Below, piece by piece: positions 26,041 through 35,041 of a stretch of 64,000 bases of DNA (position 1 is its first letter; each line of letters opens with the position of its first letter). The notes under the pieces are model-generated. The model searched no databases and was not told the origin of the DNA. It saw only the letters and a list, made by a program, of their open reading frames with translations. The stretch is from positions 1,196 through 65,195 of the IMG/VR virus record IMGVR_UViG_3300009551_000049, one strand, 5' to 3'. The position numbers were made by a program, and so were the translations under genes. This DNA comes from a virus (lineage: Duplodnaviria > Caudoviricetes).

Positions 26041-28016
26041 AGGTTATTTTGTGCGCGCTGTTGAGCGGTTCCAGCAGCCAGTGAGTTGGCATAATTGATG
26101 GCGGCGGCATTAGCCGCCGCCTGAGAAACGGTCGATGTGTACTTGCCTGCACCGACATTCACGGTGACAGTTGCCGTGCAATAACCTCTTACACCCAAAT
26201 TTAAGGTGATAGATTTTGTCACCGACTGGCTGGTATTGTAGAACGTGGGCGAAACAGAGTTGCAAACCAGTGCAGCGTTTGCTTGCAGGGTCGCAGAATT
26301 CAAAGCTTGGGCATCAGCGTCCGCCTGCGAAAGCGTCGAGCTGAAGGTGTGGGCTGCAACCGTCTTTGTGACCGACGCGCCAGTTTGACCCGCCGGGCAT
26401 ACGGCAGTGTACGTCTGGGCAGAATTCCAGAACGTGCAAGATAGCAGAGATTGAGCCTGCGCCTGAGCAGCGGCAAGGGCTTGGGCGTCCGCTTCAGCTT
26501 GAGATATGGTCGAAGTAAACTGACCGGCGGGTATATTTACGGTCTGCGGCGTTCCGTCCGGGTTCGGGGCAATGCCGTTACCGGCGCAGACAGCCGTGTA
26601 GCTCTGGGCGGCATTAGTATAGGTCGTTGGCGGGGTATTGCAGTTCAATTGGGCCTGCGCTTGGGTCTGGGCCTGAGCCAATGCCTTGGCATCCGCGTCC
26701 GCCTGAGATATCGCACTGGCCACCAAGCCCGCGCTGATGGTGATAGTAACCGGATTGCCAGTCGAACCCGCCTGGCAGTTCGCAGTAAAAATCTGCTGGG
26801 TGTTGTAGAAAAGGGCGTTTGTCGCCGCCGGATTCGATTGGCGGGCAAAACTGGCCTCGTCTCCACGAACACGGGTTTCTTCACGGCATTCGTGAATCAA
26901 TTTGGCTCGGGACTCATTGTAATCCGACTGGGCGGAAGCCGCCGCCTCGTAATCGCGCTCGTAATTCTTGAGATGATCCCAGCGCACAAAATGGCGAATG
27001 GCCTCGGCAAGCATCGGGTCATCATCAACCGGATCGCCATCCGACCAGTTGCGCTTGATGCCATCCCACTTCACCACGACATACTCAGTGCTGTTAATCC
27101 AAGGAACGATATAGATTTTTTGACGCTCCAAAGCCCAAAGTCCGCGCTCGGCCCGATGCTTTTTATCTGTGTCTGACTGTGGATAATGGTATCCAAGCGG
27201 AAGCAGCGGGAGTCCGGGGGGCACGTTCGCATCGGTCGGAACCGGCGGTTTCAAGTCAAAGAAATGCCACCAGTTTAAGCAGCCGTGGTGATGCCTTGAA
27301 GCCGCCCAGTATTTTTGGACATACGCCGGTTCGGTCTGCTTGTATTCAATCTCCGAGCACCAGTCTATTTCCGGCGTGGTCACGTCCATCGGGTTGAAAT
27401 TCCTGACGTTTACCACGATATTTGCGCTGCCAGAGGTTGCGACAGGGAAATTGAACGGCTTCACCGAAACATAAACCTGTGTGCCCGGAGCGTTTGAAAT
27501 CTGCTGGGTCTGGTTGGTGTTCTGGTCGGATACATAAACCTTCCGGTCGAAAGATTTTACCGTACCGCTTACATCCGTGTAGCTGACAGTGACCAGAAAA
27601 TACTGGGCCACCGGCTTTGTGCTTGAGCCTTGGCCGACAATTTCAACAACGAAGGCGTCAGACGGAATTATTGTGCCGATTGAGGCGGGAGCGGTAGGCG
27701 CATCTCCGATGTTTGGAGTGAGCGTGGTTGAAAATAATACGGTGCCGGTCGGGGCCGGAACCGGCTTTGAATTCACCACCGAAATCTTTTTGATGCGACC
27801 GCGCGGAGCGTCGAAAGTGGTGATCCCGCAATTGTAGAACGTGGCACACTGGGGAAACACCGAGGTATTGTCCTGCTGCAAACAGTCACACCATTGCTGG
27901 AGGTCAATGATGGCGGCTAGAAAGGCGGCGTCGTGGGCGGCTACAAGATTCGACGCCTCGCCACTTGGAAACAAAATGCTCCTCGCGTCCGATTTTAATG
28001 TCCCCCAAGTTGCCAT
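26013..28016 (-). CDS. Virion protein: adaptor-like N-terminus plus four DUF5977-like repeats
   Basis: MATWGTLKSDARSIL start typical of head-tail adaptors; repeats FYN..Q..TA.C....VT..AG.F.STISQADADAQA. Confidence 0.65.
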   Translation of the reverse strand: MATWGTLKSDARSILFPSGEASNLVAAHDAAFLAAIIDLQQWCDCLQQDNTSVFPQCATFYNCGITTFDAPRGRIKKISVVNSKPVPAPTGTVLFSTTLTPNIGDAPTAPASIGTIIPSDAFVVEIVGQGSSTKPVAQYFLVTVSYTDVSGTVKSFDRKVYVSDQNTNQTQQISNAPGTQVYVSVKPFNFPVATSGSANIVVNVRNFNPMDVTTPEIDWCSEIEYKQTEPAYVQKYWAASRHHHGCLNWWHFFDLKPPVPTDANVPPGLPLLPLGYHYPQSDTDKKHRAERGLWALERQKIYIVPWINSTEYVVVKWDGIKRNWSDGDPVDDDPMLAEAIRHFVRWDHLKNYERDYEAAASAQSDYNESRAKLIHECREETRVRGDEASFARQSNPAATNALFYNTQQIFTANCQAGSTGNPVTITISAGLVASAISQADADAKALAQAQTQAQAQLNCNTPPTTYTNAAQSYTAVCAGNGIAPNPDGTPQTVNIPAGQFTSTISQAEADAQALAAAQAQAQSLLSCTFWNSAQTYTAVCPAGQTGASVTKTVAAHTFSSTLSQADADAQALNSATLQANAALVCNSVSPTFYNTSQSVTKSITLNLGVRGYCTATVTVNVGAGKYTSTVSQAAANAAAINYANSLAAGTAQQRAQNNLCGTYNLNV
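26040..26815 (-). repeat. Four tandem ~60-65-aa DUF5977-like repeats
   Basis: Repeated SAISQADADAKA / STISQAEADAQA / STLSQADADAQA / STVSQAAANAAA. Confidence 0.8.
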
Positions 28017-28459
28017 TATTGAGTTTTGGCTTCAGTTTTGGTTTTGACGGGCTGGCCGGAGGCGGGCCGGAAAGGTGTGGTATCGACGACTTGACCAGCT
28101 TCTTTTGGAACACGGTCTGCTTGGCGAACTGGACTGTTAGCCTCCGCAGCCGCAGCCGCTTTTTTTTGCGGGAACATTGGCGGGAGCGGGCGCAATTTTT
28201 CGGGCTGCAAGAATACTGCGGATACCTTCCCGTTCTCGTTTTTTTTTATTGCCTCGTATTCCTCCTCGTTGATGAGAGCGATGCCGCCCCGGTGCTGCTC
28301 GATGGCAAGATGCAGAGCCTCGGCAAGTTTCGGATCGTCCTTGGTGTCGTCGAAACGCAAAACACCTTGGTTGGAAGAATTGACCTCGAATGTAACTGGC
28401 TGGTTGTTGTAATAAAACGGATTGCTGGCCAGTTCTTTTTTGAAGTATTTGAATGCCAT
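28016..28459 (-). CDS. Hypothetical virion-associated protein
   Basis: Lies downstream of the capsid gene and has its own promoter. Confidence 0.65.
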   Translation of the reverse strand: MAFKYFKKELASNPFYYNNQPVTFEVNSSNQGVLRFDDTKDDPKLAEALHLAIEQHRGGIALINEEEYEAIKKNENGKVSAVFLQPEKLRPLPPMFPQKKAAAAAEANSPVRQADRVPKEAGQVVDTTPFRPASGQPVKTKTEAKTQ

Positions 28460-28468
28460 AACGATTCG

Positions 28469-28497
28469 ACATTAAATCCTCACCAAACCATTTGCAA
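28469..28497 (-). promoter_or_regulatory. Sigma70-type promoter TTGCAA-17-TAATGT
   Basis: Directly after the capsid terminator and upstream of ATG 28459. Confidence 0.5.
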
Positions 28498-28499
28498 TG

Positions 28500-28532
28500 A
28501 AAAACGGCGCAGCCGGGTTGGCTGCGCCGTTT
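28500..28532 (-). terminator. Intrinsic terminator after the major capsid gene
   Basis: Perfect stem AAACGGCGCAGCC/GGCTGCGCCGTTT with a T-run on the minus strand. Confidence 0.85.
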
Positions 28533-28548
28533 ATATTCACCCAACGGC

Positions 28549-30270
28549 TTAATGATAGGTCGTGGTGGTCGTCGTGCTGGTGCCGCCGTAGTTCGCGCCG
28601 TTGTCAATCAGCGGCTCAATTGCGGACGAATCCCAGTTCTCAATGATGAGATTCGACTTCGGGCACTCCACAACCACGGTGTACGTGGTGGACATCAGGG
28701 TTTGTTCCTGAGTCGGAACCTTCATCACACAAGCAAAGCTGGAGTTGATGGACTGGAGGTTTTTCAGATCACCAGTCTTGGCGATGATTTTGTTTGTGGC
28801 GAGGATGCCGGGATATATCCCAGCAAAGTCTAAAATCCACAGCACCCTCGCCATAGTCGTCTGCCCCTTCATGGCCGCAGCCGAAATGTAGTCATCAAAG
28901 AAGTTGTGGGTCACCACGTTCAATTTGACATTCGGCCACTGGAGCTGGTACGTGCGGTAGGCGAAGCCAAACGCGGCGTCCTTGGTCTGGATGGCCAGCG
29001 GCCCGTTGAATTCTTTCACGGCATTTTCAATCGGCAGGGTCATCCGCAAGGTGTTGTTCGTCTTGCCGGAATAATACTTAATCATGGCCTGATTGATGGC
29101 CTCCGCCGTAACGGAGTCGGTGAACAGGTCGATGGACGACGCCTTGCCATTGTTGTTCTGGCGGACGCGCATGATGTTGTAAATTTCTCGGAACAGGGCG
29201 GGCAGGTTGAGGCCACCGCCCTGAAGATCAACCACGCGGTTGCACTGGGCCATCTGCTCGTAAATGCCGATGACATTCGCGCGCTTGCCCTGACAGGTCG
29301 CACCGTCCACACCGAGGCCGAAGGCAGACCCGTCATAAGCGTCGATTTCGGCGAGGTTGTTGTACGTCGAGAGCGACTGGTTGGGCAGCGGCTTCGAGAA
29401 AAACATATTGTGAACCATCTGCTTCTGGAACGACCGGCCCAACTGCTTGTTGCGCTGGATGTCATCGAGGTCGCCAAACTCCGCGTACAGCGGGTTGTTT
29501 TCCAGCAACAGGGCGCGCCACTTGTCGTAGTTCGAGGACTTGCAAAGCGACGTGCGCGTGGTTTCAAACCAGAATTCCGTGTTTTTCCAGTTGATGTACG
29601 CCGGGTCTTCGTTGCAGAACTTTTCGTAATCACCCACGTTGTTGGTGCCCACGGTCATAATGCCATTGACCGGGTTGGCCAGCTTGTCCACGCTCAGAAA
29701 CGAATTCGTGTTCTGCGAGGAAAGCACCAGATCGGCGGTGCCGTCGCCGTTGTCGGTCGCGCTGACAATGGCCCAAGCCGTCACCGACTTGCTGCCCGCG
29801 TTCGTCCGGGCGTCGATGTAAACACGGCGGTTGGCCGGGAAAAGACGAAGATCAATCGGGATATTGGAGCTGGACGTGATTTCAACAACCCAGTTGCCGC
29901 CCGAGGCGCGGCCATTGCCGACCAGCCAGTATTCGTCATTGATGGGACTATACTGCCGGGCGAGCACAAAGGGCATGATTTCAATGGTGCCGCCGCCCGA
30001 GTTGCGCGTTTGGATGCGCTTCGACATATTGACCTTGTTGGCCATCAGGAAATCGTACATCCCGTTCTGCTGGGCCTCGCACATCTTGATTTCCATATCG
30101 TGATGGAGCAAGGCCTCCATGACGCGGTAATTCGCGCCGGACATATACACGCTGGTCAGGTCACCGACTTCCAGCGGAATGGCTTGGCAGAGGGTCACCG
30201 AGCCGCATTGCTTGATGTTTGTCGAAATTGCGGGCGCGCATTTCGAGAAGGAGTTTGCAGAGAGTGCCAT
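28549..30270 (-). CDS. Major capsid protein (573 aa) ending in GGTSTTTTTTYH
   Basis: Position portal-scaffold-MCP, strong codon bias, flanked by terminators. GIYEQM and YTVVVECPKSNLIIEN fit HK97-fold capsids. Confidence 0.75.
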   Translation of the reverse strand: MALSANSFSKCAPAISTNIKQCGSVTLCQAIPLEVGDLTSVYMSGANYRVMEALLHHDMEIKMCEAQQNGMYDFLMANKVNMSKRIQTRNSGGGTIEIMPFVLARQYSPINDEYWLVGNGRASGGNWVVEITSSSNIPIDLRLFPANRRVYIDARTNAGSKSVTAWAIVSATDNGDGTADLVLSSQNTNSFLSVDKLANPVNGIMTVGTNNVGDYEKFCNEDPAYINWKNTEFWFETTRTSLCKSSNYDKWRALLLENNPLYAEFGDLDDIQRNKQLGRSFQKQMVHNMFFSKPLPNQSLSTYNNLAEIDAYDGSAFGLGVDGATCQGKRANVIGIYEQMAQCNRVVDLQGGGLNLPALFREIYNIMRVRQNNNGKASSIDLFTDSVTAEAINQAMIKYYSGKTNNTLRMTLPIENAVKEFNGPLAIQTKDAAFGFAYRTYQLQWPNVKLNVVTHNFFDDYISAAAMKGQTTMARVLWILDFAGIYPGILATNKIIAKTGDLKNLQSINSSFACVMKVPTQEQTLMSTTYTVVVECPKSNLIIENWDSSAIEPLIDNGANYGGTSTTTTTTYH

Positions 30271-30430
30271 AAGTTTTATGTTCTAATTTCTTGCGTCAAA
30301 ACTTACACATTCTGTCAAACGAAAATTGAATAATTTCAAAGTTTTTTCGACCGTGCCAGATTTTGCATTGAGCAAATCGGTTGGAAATTAAATCATTAGC
30401 CGTATTTATTAAACGATTTCGACATAAGCT

Positions 30431-30466
30431 AAAATGGCCATTCCGAGATTTCTCGGAATGGCCATT
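30431..30466 (-). terminator. Inverted repeat/terminator after the scaffold gene
   Basis: AATGGCCATTCCGAGA-TT-TCTCGGAATGGCCATT, a 16-bp perfect inverted repeat. Confidence 0.75.
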
Positions 30467-30482
30467 GATAAAAACAGGTCTT

Positions 30483-31856
30483 TCAGGTTGATTTGCCTAG
30501 AAAGCTGTTGGTGAATTTCTGCTGTGGATCGGCTTCAATCACCTTGCCACCCTTGCCATCATCGCGCGGGCCGGTGGCGACGACCGGCGTATTTGGCTTC
30601 AATTCCGGCTCGTCTTCGACCACGACCGGAGCGGGTTTTGAACCAGCGACCGGAGCGGGCTTGCCGTTCAACTGGATTCCACGTGCGGTGGCCTGACGCT
30701 CAAACTTTTCGCGCTCCGCCTTGATTTGGGCCTTGGCCTGAGACAAGGTGGCCTTGATAAGCAGCCGCTCGATGTGAGATTGTTCGAGTGTCCAGTAATT
30801 TTTCCGCTCCTCGGGTTTCAGGTTCCAGAATTTTTCACCCGGCATGAACTTTTTACCATCGGCATCAAGCTGCTTTTCCGGCGGCTGGTTCAAAAGCCGC
30901 TGTTCCGTGTTCAACACGAAGTTATTTACGGTGACATGCAGCGGGTTTTTGGGGTCAAACGGCGTTAGCAGGTTGAACAGCTTGAAGTTTTCTTCAACCA
31001 GCTTCTCGGTCAGGTCGCCAGAATTGATGGCGATTTCGGTCGCAACCGGATCGGCGGCGGCTATGGCCTGCGCCTCCTTGGTGTTCTGGCTCCCATCTTC
31101 GTTCAGGAACTTCTCGAATCCGTCACCAAGCTGTTTGAAAAAATCCACTGCGGACTTGGCCCGGACGGCGGCTATCGCCGGTTCGGCCTTGCGAAGATTT
31201 TCGGCCTGCTCAATCTTCGTAAATTTTTCATCCGTCTCCTTCGACTTTTTGGAGATGACTTCATTCGCCTTGATGTCGGCCAGAGCGTCGGTGTAATGCT
31301 CGTCATCCCAGTCCAGACCGGCCTCAAGGTTCTTCTTGAAATCCTTGTGCTCGTCAGCGTCTTCGTCGAACGTCTCACCCGGATGATCCGCCTCCCACTT
31401 GTCGGCGTATTCCGCGAGCTTGGTCAAAGACTCCTCGTACTTTTTGGAGATGCCCTTGTACGCCTCCGAATCCGGGTTCAGCTCCTCCATCCGTCTGAGG
31501 ATGTTGATGCGCTTTTGCTCATCCGGCGGCAGCGTTGATTTTTGAGTCTCGTCCGGCTTCTTTTCGTCGGCCTTTTTTTCCAGAACGCTGGCCACACCGC
31601 GAGCGGCGGCTTCGGTCACTTCGGCCAGACTCGGGGCGGCTGGCGCGACCACGGGCGCGGCCTTGGCTTTCGGTTTGGGCTTCGGGGCGGGCGCGGCAGC
31701 GGCGGGCTTTGGCGGCTCATCGGTCTTTTTATCGACCAGCGGCGTTTCCTTGCCGAGAAACGAGCTGGTGAATACGTCGATTGGTTTCCCCTCGGCGAGC
31801 TTGTCAGCCGATGGACTGCTTGGTTTGTCTTTTTTTTCGATTACGGTTGTTTCCAT
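30483..31856 (-). CDS. Putative capsid scaffolding protein
   Basis: Charged and Pro/Ala-rich; lies between portal and capsid; FT(S/N)SFLGK repeated near both ends. Confidence 0.65.
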   Translation of the reverse strand: METTVIEKKDKPSSPSADKLAEGKPIDVFTSSFLGKETPLVDKKTDEPPKPAAAAPAPKPKPKAKAAPVVAPAAPSLAEVTEAAARGVASVLEKKADEKKPDETQKSTLPPDEQKRINILRRMEELNPDSEAYKGISKKYEESLTKLAEYADKWEADHPGETFDEDADEHKDFKKNLEAGLDWDDEHYTDALADIKANEVISKKSKETDEKFTKIEQAENLRKAEPAIAAVRAKSAVDFFKQLGDGFEKFLNEDGSQNTKEAQAIAAADPVATEIAINSGDLTEKLVEENFKLFNLLTPFDPKNPLHVTVNNFVLNTEQRLLNQPPEKQLDADGKKFMPGEKFWNLKPEERKNYWTLEQSHIERLLIKATLSQAKAQIKAEREKFERQATARGIQLNGKPAPVAGSKPAPVVVEDEPELKPNTPVVATGPRDDGKGGKVIEADPQQKFTNSFLGKST

Positions 31857-31859
31857 AGG

Positions 31860-32153
31860 TCATGCTGGGTTGACTTTGGTGGTTGTTATTACGAACTCCT
31901 TGTACTCGCGGACTTCCTTCAGGACTTCCAACGCGGTCTGATAGCGAATGGCTTTCTTTAAATCGTTTTCAGCGGCTTCCAACATGGTCGGAAACTGGCC
32001 CATCTGCATGGCGCTTTCAGTCGCCTTGACAGAATGCTCCGTAAGCTTAGAGAGAATGACGCGCTCAAGATTCTTGAATTCATCGCGTCCGAAAAGTGTT
32101 CTGATGTCAGCCTGACGGTTGGCCTCCAGCGGAGTATTTTCCAATGTAATCAT
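31860..32153 (-). CDS. Small protein following the portal
   Basis: 97-aa helical ORF, ATGA-coupled to the portal gene. Confidence 0.7.
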   Translation of the reverse strand: MITLENTPLEANRQADIRTLFGRDEFKNLERVILSKLTEHSVKATESAMQMGQFPTMLEAAENDLKKAIRYQTALEVLKEVREYKEFVITTTKVNPA

Positions 32154-34600
32154 GCGGGTGATACGGGCTCGGGTGCCGGAGCCGGAACGGGTGAAGCCGT
32201 GCGTTTCAACAGGGCTTCAATCTGTTGTACCAAAGCTCCAAGTTGCTGAATCTGTTGCTCCTGTTTTACGATTTCATCAGCTACCGGCTTGGCAAATTTT
32301 TCCTGAACCATCGTCATCACCGCCTGCTCAAGTTGCGGGACAAGGTGGGCAAGCTGCGATTGAATATCAGGCTGAGGCGCGGGTTGTCCGGCGGGCGCGG
32401 GTTGGGCCGGTGCCGCACCGGGGGCAGGCTGACCGGGCTTCGCCTGTGGTTGCGAAGTAATGGGTTCGCCTGTCTCGGGATGAACCGGGGCACCGGGAGT
32501 AACCGTCTTGGGCGCGTCTGCATTGAGCTTGAAATCTTTGTCCGCACCCGCGAGCTTTGCCGCCTGTTCGAGCAATGAGATGACGCGCTTGGCACCGATG
32601 GGTTGAAAAATCTCCTCATGTGATGCGATGATGCCGATGACATTGAACATCGCCTGCGCCGTCTGCTGGTCGGTATCCTGCTCATGGTCGCCACCCGTGC
32701 GCGCGAACTGGTCAAGCCGGAGCTTTGACTTGTGGCCCTTGACGTGAATTTTTCCTTTTGAGCGTCCGGTGATTGTAAAACCAAGCTCATCAATGATCCC
32801 CTCGACACCGGGAATATCGTCCGAAACCTCGGATTCAAATCCTGCATCCATGTAAGAACGCGCGGCCTCGTAAATCTGTTTCTTCCAAGCATCGCGCCCG
32901 GCGTCGATGGCCGACCCGGTGTAATTCGTTTTCTGGTCGGAAGACTGGTTGACAGTTTTAATTTCCTCGGCTGACTGGTAATGCTTCGCCGTGGAACCAA
33001 CCTCCTGCGCGGTGAACTGCAAAACCCGCTCCATCAGGTCAAGAATCGTGCCCATCATCTGAACCATGTCTTGAATCGAGCGGTAATTGAGCTGGACGGA
33101 AACAAAGGCGTCTTTCGGGTTGTTGCCCGACCGGCTCGTTTTCATCGAGTTGTACGGGATGAAATTTAGGCTGCGATAACGACCCTCGCCAAGATTTTTC
33201 AACTCGTCGATGTCATCTTTGTCCACCATGTTGGTGTCATAATAGATGACGTTCGACAAATTTTGTTTTGCCGTAAGCATCATCTGACTGACGATGTTTC
33301 CAAGATGGTCTTGCCAAGGAATCGTCTCCAGACCGAGGCCGGACTGCCTGCCCGATTTCGAGTCGTAGTTGTAACCCATGAACCAGCTCGGGACATACGC
33401 GCAGGGTTCGGCCCAGATGATCGTCGAATCGTTGGCGACGTAAAAGCGATGCCAAACATAATGGTCATACGTCTTGACCAGCTTGTTTACTTTCTTGCCG
33501 GTGGCATCCGTGACAGTTTCGTATTTGCCCAAGTCCCAGTCACGAGGCCGGAGCTTCATAAAAAACTGGGTGAAGAAAACCGCCTTGTCGCGTTCGGACG
33601 AACTGTAAAGCGCGGCCTTATCTTCGCGCTTCATTTCCCCATCCAACCCAACAGTCGGAAATTTCAGACGGCAGGGATAAAACTCGTTGAAATAATTTCC
33701 AGCCAGTTCGTGATTGAACCAGTTCGTTCCATACGTGATGCGGCTGCGGTTCCAGAAATTACGGTTGTCGAGCAGCTTGCTGTACGGGACGACATCCCAA
33801 AAATAAGCGAACTCACACCCGCTGTCAGAATTCAGCGAAGTCAGAGGATGATACAGGTCATACCCCATTCGCGTGGGGTGCGGGAAGATGTACCGCAAAC
33901 CCTCCTTGACCGTGACCTTTTTGAACTTAGGATTTTCCTTGGTGGAATCCTCGTCAACCTCCATCTGTTCCTCGCAATCCCATTCTTCGAGCGGGAAGGA
34001 AAGTGCCAGACCGTATTTCACGGTCTGCTTGATGGCCTGATCCAAATATGCAGCGTATCCGTAGTCGGTCGAAATTTTACTTACAAGGTCGGTGATGACT
34101 TCGGAGATGACGCGATTCTTGGCCGTCTTTTTCAGAGGCTTGTACGGCAGCAACGGGGTGGTGTTGCGCTCGTTAAACAGCGTGGCAATGCGCGCATCGC
34201 AGTAAGATTTTACAATCGGAATCAGGACGTTGAAAAAAACCGGCACGTTCAAAACCTTGGCCTGTTTTCCATCTTTCAGATTTACATCAAGAAAAAGGTC
34301 GCTCTCTTTGAGTCCCCACTTGGCGACATCGGCCAGCATCTCCTCGGCCTTCTCGTATTTCTTTGCCAGCAGATGCCGGACAAACGTGGCCGTGGTCTGG
34401 TTAAACGGGGCGTCGTAGGCGATGTCAACGGCGGCGTAGGTCTGCCATTCGGAAAGGTTCCGGTTGAAGCCGTCTTTCACCCGGTTGGTGATGAGGTCGA
34501 TTAACTTCTGAACACGACCCGGCTTCTCCGGCATCGTAAAAATCTTTTTGTAATCGCCTGACGATATGCCGTGTGCCTTGAGTACCTTCGGGTCTGGCAT
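32150..34600 (-). CDS. Portal protein
   Basis: 816 aa, first large gene of the head operon. Features QTVKYG, ERVLQFTAQEVG..SAEEIK and a Gln/Pro-rich C-terminal barrel as in P22-like portals. Confidence 0.72.
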   Translation of the reverse strand: MPDPKVLKAHGISSGDYKKIFTMPEKPGRVQKLIDLITNRVKDGFNRNLSEWQTYAAVDIAYDAPFNQTTATFVRHLLAKKYEKAEEMLADVAKWGLKESDLFLDVNLKDGKQAKVLNVPVFFNVLIPIVKSYCDARIATLFNERNTTPLLPYKPLKKTAKNRVISEVITDLVSKISTDYGYAAYLDQAIKQTVKYGLALSFPLEEWDCEEQMEVDEDSTKENPKFKKVTVKEGLRYIFPHPTRMGYDLYHPLTSLNSDSGCEFAYFWDVVPYSKLLDNRNFWNRSRITYGTNWFNHELAGNYFNEFYPCRLKFPTVGLDGEMKREDKAALYSSSERDKAVFFTQFFMKLRPRDWDLGKYETVTDATGKKVNKLVKTYDHYVWHRFYVANDSTIIWAEPCAYVPSWFMGYNYDSKSGRQSGLGLETIPWQDHLGNIVSQMMLTAKQNLSNVIYYDTNMVDKDDIDELKNLGEGRYRSLNFIPYNSMKTSRSGNNPKDAFVSVQLNYRSIQDMVQMMGTILDLMERVLQFTAQEVGSTAKHYQSAEEIKTVNQSSDQKTNYTGSAIDAGRDAWKKQIYEAARSYMDAGFESEVSDDIPGVEGIIDELGFTITGRSKGKIHVKGHKSKLRLDQFARTGGDHEQDTDQQTAQAMFNVIGIIASHEEIFQPIGAKRVISLLEQAAKLAGADKDFKLNADAPKTVTPGAPVHPETGEPITSQPQAKPGQPAPGAAPAQPAPAGQPAPQPDIQSQLAHLVPQLEQAVMTMVQEKFAKPVADEIVKQEQQIQQLGALVQQIEALLKRTASPVPAPAPEPVSPA

Positions 34601-34604
34601 AGTT

Positions 34605-34964
34605 TTACTCTCCCATCAAACTTTCGATGGCAGGATTTTTCTTGCCGGTGTAACCGCCCTCGCCGCCAGCGGTTTCCTCCTCGCCGCTGATTTCATCGCC
34701 CGCGCCCTCCTCGCCCTCGGAGGCCTTGGCATCAGTGACGCCGGTAACCTCGAACTCGCCGGGGGAAATCTGAGTGATTTCCAGAGTGACGGCGTACTTT
34801 TCGCCGTCGCCCCATGCGTCGATTTTATCCGCCCACTTGGGGTCGGACGGGTCGAGCGAAAGCCGGTTGTCAACCGATCCGGGTTCACGTCCGGTGACGC
34901 CGCCGCCACCAGCCGTGTTGTCAGTTCCGGGCGCGGCAGCGAGAAGAAGGCGGGCAAGTTTCAT
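34605..34964 (-). CDS. Acidic hypothetical protein at the start of the structural operon
   Basis: 119 aa, Glu/Gly-rich. Confidence 0.65.
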   Translation of the reverse strand: MKLARLLLAAAPGTDNTAGGGGVTGREPGSVDNRLSLDPSDPKWADKIDAWGDGEKYAVTLEITQISPGEFEVTGVTDAKASEGEEGAGDEISGEEETAGGEGGYTGKKNPAIESLMGE

Positions 34965-35002
34965 GGGTTTTTGAAATTTAAGGTTGAACTATCTTCGAGG
35001 CG

Positions 35003-35032
35003 ACTGTAACACTGGTATAACGAAAACGTCAA
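35003..35032. promoter_or_regulatory. Overlapping divergent promoters: TTGACG-18-TACAGT (minus) and extended -10 TGGTATAAC (plus)
   Basis: Located in the 77-bp gap between the head operon and the terminase. Confidence 0.5.
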
Positions 35033-35041
35033 CAGCGATTT

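Noticed and set aside
22303-28016. Diversity-generating retroelement targeting the adhesins
   Set aside because: No reverse transcriptase and no adenine-variant template/variable repeat pair was seen; the repeats are diverged protein repeats.
28906-30333. 475-aa antisense ORF opposite the capsid gene (also 33263-34504 opposite the portal)
   Set aside because: Shadow ORFs expected from strong codon bias on the coding strand.
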